Source of the DNA: Batkoa obscura
Lineage: Eukaryota
Length of the DNA stretch: 64,000 bases
Direction: 5' to 3'
NCBI GenBank assembly: GCA_030770535.1
Contig: JASVEC010000002.1
Location: forward strand, 930,001 to 994,000
In this document: piece after piece, positions 1-12,046 of the stretch
Layout of the letters: every line of letters begins with the position of its first letter
Numbering within the stretch: the first letter of the stretch is position 1
The notes under the pieces: model-generated
What the model saw: only the letters and a program-made list of their open reading frames with translations
Told to the model about the DNA's origin: nothing
Databases searched by the model: none
Program-made: the position numbers and the translations under genes

Positions 1-43
1 TTATAACTAAATTAACTTTAAAATTGTTCTATTATTTTATATA

Positions 44-1817
44 GTTAGTTAAAGAAGCTGTTAAATTATATAGTGAATTATCGATTGAAGATCAAGAATA
101 CGTAGTTTTACAAGCTACAATTACTAAAAAGAAACGTAAACATGAAGCAATACCTGTTCTTATTGATGTTAATGTATTTGAAAATTATTTTTATTTACTA
201 TGAATTCTGATCTTTATTTAGATGGAGTTAAAACCTAATGAAGCTAAAGCTAATCAAATAACTATTAATGAAGCCAATACAGCTAAAATGGCCAAAGTAA
301 ATGAAGAGAAAAAGAAACAAACAACTAAATCAAGCGAGGAGAAGAAGAAACAAATCAATAAAATCAATGAAGAAAAGAAGAAACAAATAAGTAAAACTAT
401 TGAAGAAAAAAAGCTACCAAGAGTAATTCATAAAAATTACTTTTCATCTATTTACTAACTATTAATTGATTATAGCATACAGTTAGTATTAAAGGATTTT
501 TTACAGTTAAAAAGGACACGATAGATTCAAATAATAGTAACGAAAGTAATGTTAGAGAGTTTTAACTTTGTTGGAGTTTTTTTTTATTTTTTTTATTTAG
601 AAAATACACAATTACCCATTATTTCTGATTATGAAAAATATTTTCATCCATTTCGAGTCAAACAAGGAGTTTATATTGCAAAATCGTTAGGAATTAACAA
701 TAACAAATTCGATTTAGTAGATAAAATTAATAGTTGTAAGAATGAAGGTAAGTTAAAGAAGAATAAATTAACCAAAAGATAATTAGTGTTTAAAAATCTC
801 AAATTTTTGTTTAGATTATAACAATGAGATGTTAAAAGAAATACAAAATAAATTAAAAAGTGTAAAGAAAGAAGTAAATAAAGATATGAAAGAGTATCTA
901 AATCATATGAATGATATGGATTCAATAAATTCTGAAGATGATTCTAGTATTATTATGTTATCAACAGAAACTACAGGCTATAAGCCTAAATTGTTAATGT
1001 TTCATGAAAATGTTCGACCACCCTTCTTTGGTAAATTAAGCTATGATTTTAGTAATACATAAATGAAACTAACTCAAACCATTTTACTTTTATTATTATA
1101 TAATAGGTGTTTGGTTACCTCAAAGTAACAAAATAAAACCCCGTAATTTTAAAAACAAAGATGAGGAGTTATTAAACTATGAATTTGATTCTGAATTGGA
1201 ATGGCAAGAAGAAGATGAAGAAGGTGAACTATTAGATGATTCAGATGAAGATGAAGATGAAGATGACGAAGATTTTAACAGTCAAAACAATAATAGTGAA
1301 AGTGAAAATGATGTAATTTTATAATTAATATATGGTGATAAAAGCGTGTTAATATTATGGATTATTTTTAGGATTGGTTGATTGAAGAGGATGGTGAAGA
1401 AGAAGAAGATATTGATAAGGAGACAAAAAAAATGAGTAAGCTATTTTAATTTACTTAATCACCTTAATTAATTAGCATTTTATTTTTAGACGTTGTTAAC
1501 AAGTCAAAAGTATGATAAAATAATTTTGTTTCAATTATGTTTATTTTAATCTTTACTATTTTTTAATATAGCGTCGTCAACCTCTGGTTTTAAATCCAAT
1601 TTTAGTAGGTGTTTGTTGCTCTTCAGAGGTCAATGAGAATATTAAAATTAAACAATTACCAATTTCAAATTTTGCCTATTCACTTGTGCAAGGCAAGTAT
1701 AGTTTTTTGTAATGATAAGCGTTACTAACATTAATGGTTTTTCTAGATGGCATCAAGCTACCATTAGATCCTTTTGAACCAATAAGTAGTAGTACAACTT
1801 TGGAAAGAGGAGGATAG
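44..1817 (+). CDS. CAC1: Chromatin assembly factor 1 large subunit (Cac1/Rlf2/CHAF1A), multi-exon, 5' end outside the window
   Basis: A K/E-rich coiled coil (222-422) is followed by spliced CAF1A-domain motifs KLLMFHENVRPPFFG / IKPRNFKNKDEELLNYEFDSELEWQEEDEEGE, an acidic tract, DWLIEEDG and LPLDPFEP. Stop TAG at 1815-1817. About ten short introns. Confidence 0.85.
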
Positions 1818-3006
1818 TATTATTGATGGTTAAAGGATTTTGAAGTCACAGTTTTATGTCATAGGGATTTGGGGGGATTTGTTAGTTATATAGGGAAATA
1901 AAAAACTATCTATTTTATATTATTTTTCTAAAAGTTCAGTCAAAATCATTTCTATTTTTCAATTTTTTTAGCATATACGCCACATGCTCACGTGGCTTTT
2001 AAGATTAAAAAGTTTGTGTAATGATTTTTTTTTGTTTTTTTTGTTTTCCAAAAAAAATAAGCATCCAGGTCACGATAGTAACAGCACTAATCCAATCTTT
2101 AACAAATGTCATAACTAACTATTACTCCGTCTTAACAAACAATCTAAAGATTTAAATCTCAATTGCAAAAAAGTTTCTTCAATTCTCCAAGTCTTGATAT
2201 TTCAAACTCGTTTCAATAATTCCAACTATCCTTCAGATAAAACGTAAGTGATTTTGAATCTGCTAATGTATTTCTTGGTAAGTTCGTTTTTTATTTTACC
2301 TTTAATAACACCAATTGATCTCTTTTCTAGGCAGAGGCAATGAAAAGTATTTTATTAACTTTATGACATGACCTAAACTCAAGCCCAAAGTTAAGAAAGG
2401 ACTAGTAAGTTTATAACGTTAACACAAGAAAATAACTATTTATATAAAAATTAGTTTAACTACTAATTTCGTACCTTATGAGCTACCTGTTGTTTAAGAA
2501 ACATCTGGAGAGACTAAGGTAACATGTACAGAGCTAAAATATATCTTGGTGCTTATAGTGAAGTACAAAATTGAGCGTAAAATTCCTAACAAATTTTATC
2601 TATATACATACATAACAATATAATAGCTCAATCAACCAATCAACTCCTTTTCTCTCTAAATGCTAACTTAGTAGTGTTTTTACAAGTAACAAAAACTTAT
2701 ACGTTAAGTCAGCTGAATTTAACCAATTTATAACTTATGACTTATTAGTTGACCTTTCAACATTCTCCAAGATATTTTTTAAACAACTACTACTTTATTA
2801 TTCCCACTTTTTAATTCCCACATCCATTTTAAACAATATAAAAATGTAACAAACTTTATAAGTAAATATATGAAGCTTATTAAACTTTTATAAGTAATAA
2901 CTAAGAAAAAATATTCTTATTTCCCTATGCAATATTATTTATCAATAAAACTAGATAACTCAATTGCAATAGGTTAGTTAATCAATATTAAAAGAATAAT
3001 ACATAT

Positions 3007-3104
3007 GGGGGTGTTTTTTTGGCTTCATTACTTTTTCCATTTTTTAAGCACTGTTTGAGCAGAAAAATTATTAACAAAATTATTAAACACAAAAATACAT
3101 TCCC
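3007..3104 (-). mobile_element. ~98-bp MITE
   Basis: GGGG..TCCC ends; flanks ATAT/AGAT. Confidence 0.85.
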
Positions 3105-3662
3105 AGATCTAATTTTTAAAAAGCACAAAAGAGAAAAATATATAAAAAATGAAAATATAAAGTATTAGGTACTTATGTTTTACTAAATATAACAAACTAT
3201 ATTGCTATCCATTATCTGATAAATTAAGAAAAAGTGATATAAGTCTAATTAAAACTATAAAATTTATAAAAAATAAAAAAATAAAAACATCAGCTCCAGC
3301 TTATTTTATAAAAATAATATAAATTTAAAAGTTTCAATATTTACTAAGTAATTTCTTAAATGATAGAAATTAGTTATTAAATGCTAATATTAATTAAATG
3401 ATTAATAGTTAAGTTAATAAATAATCAAAAAGTAATTACAGTAACAATTAAAGGATATTATATTGTATGTATTTATAAAGATAGTTAGTTATAGCTCTGG
3501 GGTTACCCATTCTCTCCTATATAGCTATTTATTAACTTAGCAATATATTAATAATGTAATTATAACATTAAAATGATCTGTTTGTTTATTTGATACCAAA
3601 TTTACAATGTTGGCTATAAAGCAATCAATAATCAATATTTCTCAATGAAGTTTCACAGAAAC
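3105..3662 (+). mobile_element. Degenerate 3' fragment of the Sola-like transposon, bounded by two MITEs
   Basis: Aligns by eye with ~20907-21485, the end of the transposase (KLHCYPVSD...NDRNRLLN) plus 3' non-coding sequence. Contains stops and indels. Confidence 0.8.
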
Positions 3663-3666
3663 ATAT

Positions 3667-3764
3667 GGGGTTGTTTTTTCTGGTTTCATTATTTTTCCGT
3701 TTTTTAGGCGCTATTTAAGTGGAAAATTTGTTAGTAAAATTCTTAAACACAAAAATACATCCTC
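3667..3764 (-). mobile_element. ~98-bp MITE
   Basis: TSD ATAT. Confidence 0.85.
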
Positions 3765-3888
3765 ATATATTTATTTACATACTACAACTTTGATTAATAT
3801 TAACATATAGTTTGTATTAATAAAAGCCTTGCTAATCTGGGGATTTTTATTAAATTTAGTTAAAATTCTGCTAACTTACAGTATAAAT

Positions 3889-4394
3889 TATAATAAAGTT
3901 CAACAATAAAAAAGATGAAATTGAAGCAGCATTTTTTATTAGCAGTAAAGTATTTGAAAATAAATTAATTTCCAAAGTGACCCTATTAACTGTTAATGAA
4001 GTGCCTGAATTTTCCAAAGTAATGTCCGAAGTAAAGTGCTTAAATAGTTATGAAACAGCTAAAATCATTAAGCTGTTATCCAAAACAGTCTAATCAACCG
4101 GTAATAAGATATTTGAAGCAGTATATGGGGATGTATTTTTTTGTTTAGGAATTTTACTAACAATCCTTCTATTCAAATAGTGCTTAAAAAAACGGAAAAG
4201 TAATGAAATAAAAAAATATATCCCCATATTCAGACCATAGTAATATTGTTAAAGCAGTATCCGGAATAGCTCAATTGTCTACCAAATCAACTCAAAAAAT
4301 GTCTAAAGCAACTGTTGTTACCTCAGACAACGAATTTCATAATAATAATGATGTTCTAGGAAATAACAGACGATATAACAAAACCTTTTTATAA
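3889..4394 (+). pseudogene. Decayed ORF of unknown origin, interrupted by a MITE and one stop codon
   Basis: Removing the MITE (4127-4225) and one ATAT copy restores the frame IIKFNNKKDEIEAAFF...LSKTV*STGNKIFEAVY/SDHSNIVKAVSG...NKTFL*. Confidence 0.4.
4127..4225 (+). mobile_element. ~98-bp MITE
   Basis: GGGG..CCCC ends; TSD ATAT. Confidence 0.9.
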
Positions 4395-4632
4395 GTTTAT
4401 AGATACTTTTATTGATAATATTAAAAACATAGTTAAGGCTATCATAGGGAAAGGTTGAAACAAGATAATAGAATACGGAATGATTTTGTATACTAGATAG
4501 CTTCAAAGCTTATATCCAAGTTGATAAAAAGATAATAGTAATGTAAGGTTAGGCAAATAAATCAAATTATTGTTTATAAAATTACAGTTTTAAATGTTGA
4601 ATTTCATTTTTTATTATCATAAAATAAGAACC

Positions 4633-5957
4633 TTAAAAAATTGGAATATAATGATGAATCTTATCTTTTTGTTGCTGAGAAATACATTCAGCAATCCAAA
4701 CTATATTACGTATCTCTTGCTCCTTTAATTTAAAATAAGCATAAAATAAGCCATAGTGGAATTGCTGTAAGAAGGTATCCTTGTTGAGTTCCACTTCATA
4801 TTCAAAAAATCGATCTTCTAATGTTTTTCCTTCCCCATCATTTACCCCTAATCCAGAATCAAATAAATTACAGTATTCCTAAAATAGTTTGAAATTCAAT
4901 TACTGTTATTATTAATATAGATTTCTAATAAACTTACAGCAACAAAATCACAACTACCCTTTACTTGATCAAAATCATCTACTTTAGAAAGCTTAGCACT
5001 TCCTTCTGGGAAAAGTCGACCTAAGGAGGGAAATAATTTGGCACGATCATCTTTCGAAAGTTCAGTACCAAAAGAATTGATAGTGATATTGATAGTACGT
5101 CTATCTGCCTCAAACTAAATTGAAAAAAGTATTAAAACTTGAACCTAGAAAAGTTTAATAACTTACTTTTAATATTTCCCCCATAAGCTCAGCTGTCGCA
5201 CCACCAATTCCTTGGCAAAACTGATAAAAGTCTTCCAAATACGCTTTGTATAATGTGTTACGAATGATTTCAATATTGAGCTCATCCAAGTCTTGTGCTG
5301 ATAAGCAGTTACGAAAATAAGGTGCTATAAATTATTCAAAGTTAGTTTATTTTTACTAATAAATAAAGTATTATCTTACCAAGTGGTGTTTCAACTAACA
5401 CAGTATTATATAATTCTGCTACATTGGTAGCAATACATAGGGCTGGCATAGACTCAAAGACACCAATAGGATGACAGCGCTCAATCAGCTCGTTGGTATC
5501 ACGTTCATGTAAAGTACCAGTGATTAATAAGATGACGTTGTCAATCATGTAACCGTAACTAAAAAATAAGCAAAGTTAGAGTAAACTAATAAGAATAGCT
5601 ACTAAAATTACCTAATATAATCTAAGAACTGCAACAAGTCGCCACTAGCTTGAGAACGAATATATTTGTATTCTTCTACTAGTTTTTCAGTACATTTTTC
5701 AGAGATGGTGGATGTGACTATGGGTGAAGCTTCATTTTGAATTAAAGTACCATAATCTGTGGCTCCTAACTGGACTTTGGGGTCTTTTAAATTCAGTATT
5801 TTAATTTTAATTTTTGTTTCAAATTTCCTAGCTTACCTTCTAAATTCTCATATTGAGTTAAATTCATATAGTTGGAGTTGCTGACTATATCCGAACGAAA
5901 ACTCCTTGTTATGGCTTCTGAATAACCATCATCAATATTGAACATACAGCCTTCCAT
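4633..5957 (-). CDS. VMA6: V-type ATPase V0 subunit d, multi-exon
   Basis: Spliced protein [12 protein letters not shown]...[30 protein letters not shown]...[20 protein letters not shown]...[29 protein letters not shown], with GT-AG introns. Confidence 0.95.
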
Positions 5958-6836
5958 TTTCCTTATTTTCTTTTAGTTGAATGTCGTCTTAAAAATACAA
6001 TGTTTGAATTTTGACTTCCTCATTTTTAGTTTATTGATCCCACTCTTTTATTTCACTTCTTATTACTTAGCACGAATTTAGTCCACAATAATCTGTGTTA
6101 CGTTTTTTTTAAATCGAAAGGCTGAAGGGCTTTATGTTTATTAGCTTAAAAAATACAACTAAAAGATAGGATCAAAAAGAGATAAAGTTAGATAGACGAT
6201 GATATTTACAGAAGTCAAGGAAAGACTTCATTATTTTCTGATTGAAACTTGCCATAAAGGTGGGAATCAATGATTTGATTGTATCTTTTTTGTTGTAAAT
6301 GAGTTCAGCAATGGAAAATATGGGTTCAGTATAAACGTGACTCAGGTAACCGGGATAGGGGTTCCGTGGGAATAGGCGAAGTAGGATGAAACATTAGTTT
6401 GATGTCAGAAGAAGAGCTAAAGAGAAAGACTAAACAAACTACTACTGCACAGGAGGTTTTTTCACAATAAGGTTTATCTTTCATAAGAGGCAAAGGAATG
6501 CTAAGTTGAGTAAGTTGAGGAGATAAGGACTGAAAGAATGAGCTTTAGATGGAGGCCTAAAAGATAGAGGTGAAAGAACATAAGACAAACCTGTGTACAA
6601 AAGTTTCATTCTATGTTAACTATTAAGTTATTTAAAAAATTCACTTCTCATTAAACATCTCATAAGTTTATTAATAAACGAAAAATAAACTGCAGCTTAA
6701 AAAATATGCTATCTCAAAATTAGATGTGAATTATAAGCATTTTTAAAATCAACATTTTTAAATAGATTTGTTATTCAAAGGTATCAGTGATCAACAGAAA
6801 AAGAAAATAATTAAAAGGCCTGATATTTATTTATAT

Positions 6837-7511
6837 TCAAAATCTTGATAAGTTCAGGTTGTCCCCAAATAAATAATGGCTCTTCCTTGCAGATTCGATA
6901 CCATTTTTCAATCTAAGCCTACTATTCTGCTTATCCTTTAATTTCTGTTTGGCAATGGAATTAGCTTTCATCAATAACAATCCCATGAACAATCTTTCCA
7001 AAAGAGGGATAAAATCAAAATTGAACTTTACTTTAGCAATTTCGTTTCCATTTAGTTTAATAATTTTGGTACTGAACTCAACCAGTGCTTTATCTTTTGA
7101 TGATGATGTTGAGTTTAAAGCTATAATCTCAGCGCTTTGTTTTGTATCATTTAGAACGTATTCAAATTGGTTGTCATCATGGTCAGTTAATACTAAATTG
7201 ACTGTTTTATTCATAGTTACTACCATTGAGTTATAGTTATTATTCTCTTTTTCTTTATAGTTATAGATAGTTAATTTAGGTTCGTTACTCATAATATCTC
7301 TTTTAGTAAAACTTAACAAGTTATCATTATTTACATCCTTTAAGTAATATTCACTACCATTGTTTTGTGTATAAAACTTATATTTAATTTGATCAGTTCC
7401 TTCATCTTTAGCTACTAAATATTGACCATCTTCCTTATAGTAGATTATAAACTTCTTTTTCTTTTTCACTTCTTGGGTTATTTCATTATACTCTGGTGGT
7501 AACGTTGACAT
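6837..7511 (-). CDS. Hypothetical protein, paralog copy 1 (N-terminal LPPEY PY motif; beta-rich, possibly Tubby-C/LURP-one-like)
   Basis: Intact 224-aa ORF. The first ~137 codons are identical to 23775-24443. The fold assignment is a guess from the pattern of alternating hydrophobic strands and a C-terminal hydrophobic helix. Confidence 0.75.
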   Translation of the reverse strand: MSTLPPEYNEITQEVKKKKKFIIYYKEDGQYLVAKDEGTDQIKYKFYTQNNGSEYYLKDVNNDNLLSFTKRDIMSNEPKLTIYNYKEKENNNYNSMVVTMNKTVNLVLTDHDDNQFEYVLNDTKQSAEIIALNSTSSSKDKALVEFSTKIIKLNGNEIAKVKFNFDFIPLLERLFMGLLLMKANSIAKQKLKDKQNSRLRLKNGIESARKSHYLFGDNLNLSRF

Positions 7512-8456
7512 TTGTTTTAATTTTTTCTATGAAAAATTGTTTGCTTATATATTATTTGATTGCAAGCTATTTTTATTTTATCAAAATGTTTGTATCACTT
7601 TGCTACAAAAATCACATTACTATTTATATGTTTGGCCGCCTTTATAAATAGGACATGAACAAATTTATATTGTGTTCATTAAATTTTGTTCAAATAAAGA
7701 TTTTATACACAATCTCTAACCTAATTTTACCGGTTTGAAAGTATAACTGGTCATTTCTTTAGAAACTTAATAATAGCACTTATGTTACTTTAAAGTGTAC
7801 TTTGAACTAAAAGTGGTTAAAAGTACAAAATTGCTTGAGATGAATAATCAAATGATTCCAAACCAACTTGATAAATTGCTATTATTCTTTCTTTTATTTT
7901 TAAATTTTGATACCATTGAGTTTTAAAATAGATAAAGCTATGTATCATATTACTTTTAACTACTTATTAAGATACTACTGTTTTTTGTCTCAAGATCAAA
8001 ACATTGAATCAAATCTAAAAGATGAATACGCTTCTTCTAACTTAGATCATCAATGTAGCTAGTATTAGGTGGGATAACCGTTTCGAGAAACAGAAAAACT
8101 TATTTATTACTGGTTAAAATAAATATATGCACCCTTCGCCTAGAAAAAGGATAAAAAATTCCTATAGATTCTTTAAATACTTTATTAGTACAAAGCTCAG
8201 ACTCAAAGTATGTTATAATTCCTTGTAAAAATTCCCTCCCTATCATAAAAATGTAATTACTTTAACATTTTACTCCCAAACGGCCAACATTAAGCTAATC
8301 GTTTATTTTAGGTATTGACTCCATTCTGCTTTTATTGCTTCCACTTATACTAATTTAATGCCTAAATTTAAAAGGATGATTTATACTCTGTCTTTCAAAA
8401 GCTGTAAAATGCCTATTTATGTATTATTTAAAGTCATTTCAAACACTTCTGCATTT

Positions 8457-8554
8457 GAGGATGTATTTTTTTGTTTAAGAATTTTACTAATAATCTTTCC
8501 ATTCAAATAGCGCTTAAAAAACAAAAAAGTAATGAAACCAAAAAAAGCATCCCC
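8457..8554 (+). mobile_element. ~98-bp MITE
   Basis: TSD ATTT. Confidence 0.9.
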
Positions 8555-9251
8555 ATTTCATTAAATCCTCACTCAAACTTAACTTTAGTGTTATTTCTAG
8601 GATTTAAAAGTGTTAACAAGGAATATTGTTATAGATTTGCAAGGGTTTTTTCTACCAATCAACTAGTCACCTTTTTTAATTCATTAATGGCTCTCTACTC
8701 TATAAATAAAGTACAAAGTACTGGTCTTTAAATTTAAATACAAGTTATTTAATAAACTAAAAATAACTGACAGTTATATTATATTTTAATAATAACCCTC
8801 ACATATTTACACAACATGATAAATCTAAACATTCAAAAACAAAGATACGACGCTATGATATTAAAATGTTAACAATTTAAATAACACATAGCTGAAAGTT
8901 ATGACTTGTTAAAAAGTTACCATATAAAAGTTTAGTTAATAGCGGGAAATATATAGGGGTTATATAATATGAAATTTAATGACATATAGAGTATAATTTC
9001 ATTTAATTAGATAAAGGAATCAAGTATGTACTAAAATTTGTATTAGAGCTTATACTTACTATTGCTTTATTCCAATGAAATACATAGTACTAGTTACTAT
9101 ATATTTATTATGTCAAAAATTTCAAGTTAAATAGTTAGAATTGTTTCTATACTACATAAAAATTTTATACTAAAATAAAAAACAGCTTAGCGTCAATGAT
9201 AATTCAAACTCTAGCATCGCTAAAAATTTAAAATAAAAATTTAAAATATAT

Positions 9252-9347
9252 TGGATATGTTTTTTAGTTTCATTACTTTTTCCATTTTTAAGCCCTATTT
9301 GAGTGGAAAATTGTTAGTAAAATTGTTAGGGAAAAAAATGCATCCCC
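9252..9347 (-). mobile_element. ~98-bp MITE with a degenerate left end, 12 bp from the solo LTR
   Basis: Family core sequence and CATCCCC end. Confidence 0.8.
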
Positions 9348-9359
9348 ATATCTTAATAT

Positions 9360-9823
9360 TATGAAATCTGGTACTCAGTGTTTTGAGCCAAAAACAGCTA
9401 TTGCCCAGTTAACTATACTGTAAGTTGAAAGGCCTTAGTTTATGTGACTAATATATATTTGAATTATGAAGAATAGCACATAATATGTTACAGACTATGT
9501 AAAACAAATAGAATAGACAATACTAATTTAAAATCTACGTAGAGTACTATTAAGAAAATTTAGTGATTTTATTAGATGTATGAGATATCAAGGAATAATT
9601 CAACTAAAAACCCTCGAGCTACCATGTTCTAAGATTTCTTTTATACTCTGACAAATGTAAGTATCAAAGGGAGAAGATAATATTCTTTGGGATGAAGCTA
9701 AGAATTCCCTTAGCAAATCAAACTAAAAGCCTGGGATTGGTTGTCTCTAAACTCGAGAACACAACAACTTAAGTGATTATTATGCTATAATCAACCATGG
9801 AGCTGACAAAGCGATATTTCACA
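9360..9823 (-). mobile_element. Solo LTR, older relative of the Gypsy element at 24577-32129
   Basis: The reverse complement matches the LTR along its length (tatgaaatctggtactcag...acaaagcgatatttcaca). It has many substitutions and ~64 bp of extra sequence, with ATAT on both flanks. Confidence 0.9.
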
Positions 9824-10067
9824 ATATCTATATTAAATAATTATAATATAGAATTATAACTGTTATTATATTTTTTAAATCTAATGCTCCAGTATAAAAT
9901 ATAAAAAACTTTTTAATACAATATGACCAATTAAGAGACTGATAAAGTACTATTTTATATGAGATTAAAATATAAAAATAACATTTTTTACAGTTAAAAA
10001 ATAAGAATTATTATAATAGATTTAAATAAAAAAGCTTTGAAATAACCATATATAAGCTTGAATATAT

Positions 10068-11010
10068 AGGGCTGTCCTAATTGGTTTCAGAATTTACTTA
10101 GAAATTAATCCAAATTTAAAATTTTTAAATTTGTGTCTAATATGATGGTTAAATCTAAAAAGCTTAAAGTTAAATGTCTCTATTTAAAACTTATTTTAAT
10201 TGTTTCCTTTTCTTAAATAGCTAATTTTCCTAACTATATATTTTATGTTAGTTCTGTTAGATATTTAACAGATATATAATATATAACTATATGGTTATAT
10301 AATTATATAAATACACTTATTTGACTTTATTTTTTGTTGAAATAAAAATAAAATGCAAACTTTCATAACTAAACTTCGAAATGGAATTTTTGAAAATTTC
10401 AATATAATAGGAAGGAGTACATAATATAAACATTGTAATTCGTTTGCATCAATTTTAAAAGCTACTTATAACAACCCAAGGTTTATGGAATTTTATAATA
10501 AAGTAAAACAAAGAAAAGACATATTATCAAAGTTTACTATCGATAATAATAAACTTAATCAAGCAATGTATAAAACTAGTGCTTTGAGGGAAACAGGAAA
10601 CAAAAATCAACAAGTAGCGTTATTATCAACTATAGCTTCAATATATTCTTTTGATGAATGCAAGAGTTTTGGGTTTAATATAAACACAAATCAATATGAT
10701 TATTCAAAAATAAGTAATAATAATAAAATATCAATATTACAACCTATTATTAAAAATACAAAAAAAATTAAAGACAAGCAAATCGAAAGTATTATACAAT
10801 ATTTACTAAATGATTCAACTATTTCATCAGTATTTAATATAAAAATAATGATAGTAAATATTCATCAGATAATATATATGGGGATGTATTTTTATATTTA
10901 AGAATTTCAGTGATAGTTTTTCCACTTAAATAACGCTTAAAAGATAGAAAAAGTAATGAGGCCAAAAAAAACACCCCCATATACTAAATAAAAGTAGAAG
11001 AATGATATAT
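10068..11010 (+). mobile_element. 5' part of a Sola-like transposon (defective), with a MITE insertion and truncated at a second MITE
   Basis: Starts agggctgtcctaattggtttcagaat, matching the left terminal inverted repeat (TIR) at 19232, after ATAT. Transposase ATG at 10353 has an early CAA>TAA stop. Homology ends at 11010. Confidence 0.9.
10880..10978 (+). mobile_element. ~98-bp MITE inside the Sola fragment
   Basis: TSD ATAT; host sequence resumes after it. Confidence 0.9.
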
Positions 11011-11106
11011 GGCGATGTTTTTTTTGATTTCATTATTTTTCTATTTTTTAAGCGCTATTTAAGCAGAAAATTTGTTAGTAAATCCTTAATACAAAAACAC
11101 ATCCCC
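11011..11106 (-). mobile_element. ~98-bp MITE at the truncation point of the Sola fragment
   Basis: Family core sequence; flanks ATAT/CTAT. Confidence 0.85.
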
Positions 11107-11947
11107 CTATAATTATTGTAATTAATCTAAATGATTATTATAATACAATTAGTTACTAAATTGATGAAATAATATAAAATATTATATTAAAAATAACACA
11201 AAATAAGTTACATTTACACCCTGTAAAAACATGTTAAGAAAATATTAAAAAGTGTTTGAAATATTTAGAATGTGTTAATGATTCTTATTATAGTACTAAT
11301 ATCAAACATATAAAAAAAGTTAGTGAAAAAGATTATGGATTCGCATATCAAATAACTTATTATATCTTAATTATAAATAGACAGTTGTATAACAAAGGAA
11401 TAGTAGATGTAATATGTCTTCATTATGAAGGTTATTTAATTGATATAAAAAGGATTAAATTTTAATCCAAACTTGATAATATATAGGGTTTATTTTTGGT
11501 GACAATTACTTTCCAACTATTTTCCAAGTGGTTTACAATCAATACAAAATAGTATATATGTTTGTGAACATTAATAACATTAAAAAAACAATTCATATTG
11601 TAAAAATTATCATTGCCTATAAATTGTTTTTTTAATGGTATTTTTTAGTTGATTGTTATTTCATAAAGTTGTTGAAAGTATCAATACTTTAATACTAGTT
11701 TTATAATGATTTTCTAACTTGTAATTAGCTTAATTTACAATAAATTAACTCTCGTATTTAGAGCAGATAATCAAGTTATATACTTCAAATTAAAAATGTC
11801 ACTAATAATAGCGAACTTTATCTTACTTGTTTTGAGTTAAATTTATAACTTTATCTTCAACTTTATTTATTTAGAGAAATAAAGATATATATCAATATCG
11901 ATTTTTCTTACTATTAATTTTAAAAAAGCTCACGATATAAATTAGCA

Positions 11948-12000
11948 AAATAATAAAATAATAAAATGATAAAATAATAAAATAATAAAATAAATAAAAA
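11948..12000. repeat. Short (AAAATAAT)n tandem repeat downstream of Dicer
   Basis: Direct reading of the sequence. Confidence 0.6.
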
Positions 12001-12046
12001 CTAAACAGTATACTATAACAATTTAAAAAATAACTAAACTATTTCA

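Noticed and set aside
4776..4783. GTATCCTT/ATATCCTT U12-type donor look-alikes (also ~40546 and ~44092)
   Set aside because: They are antisense to VMA6 or intergenic, and not at exon boundaries.
6200..6600. GC-richer intergenic patches (also ~2100-2760, 8060-8450 and 40300-40620) that look like decayed elements
   Set aside because: No recognisable motif, terminal repeat or sustained reading frame could be established by eye.
8471..8731. Short ORFs sharing FPFFKRYLSGKIVSKIL- or KNFTNNLSIQIALKK-type peptides (also 21659, 22029, 36216)
   Set aside because: They are translations of the MITE, not a protein family.
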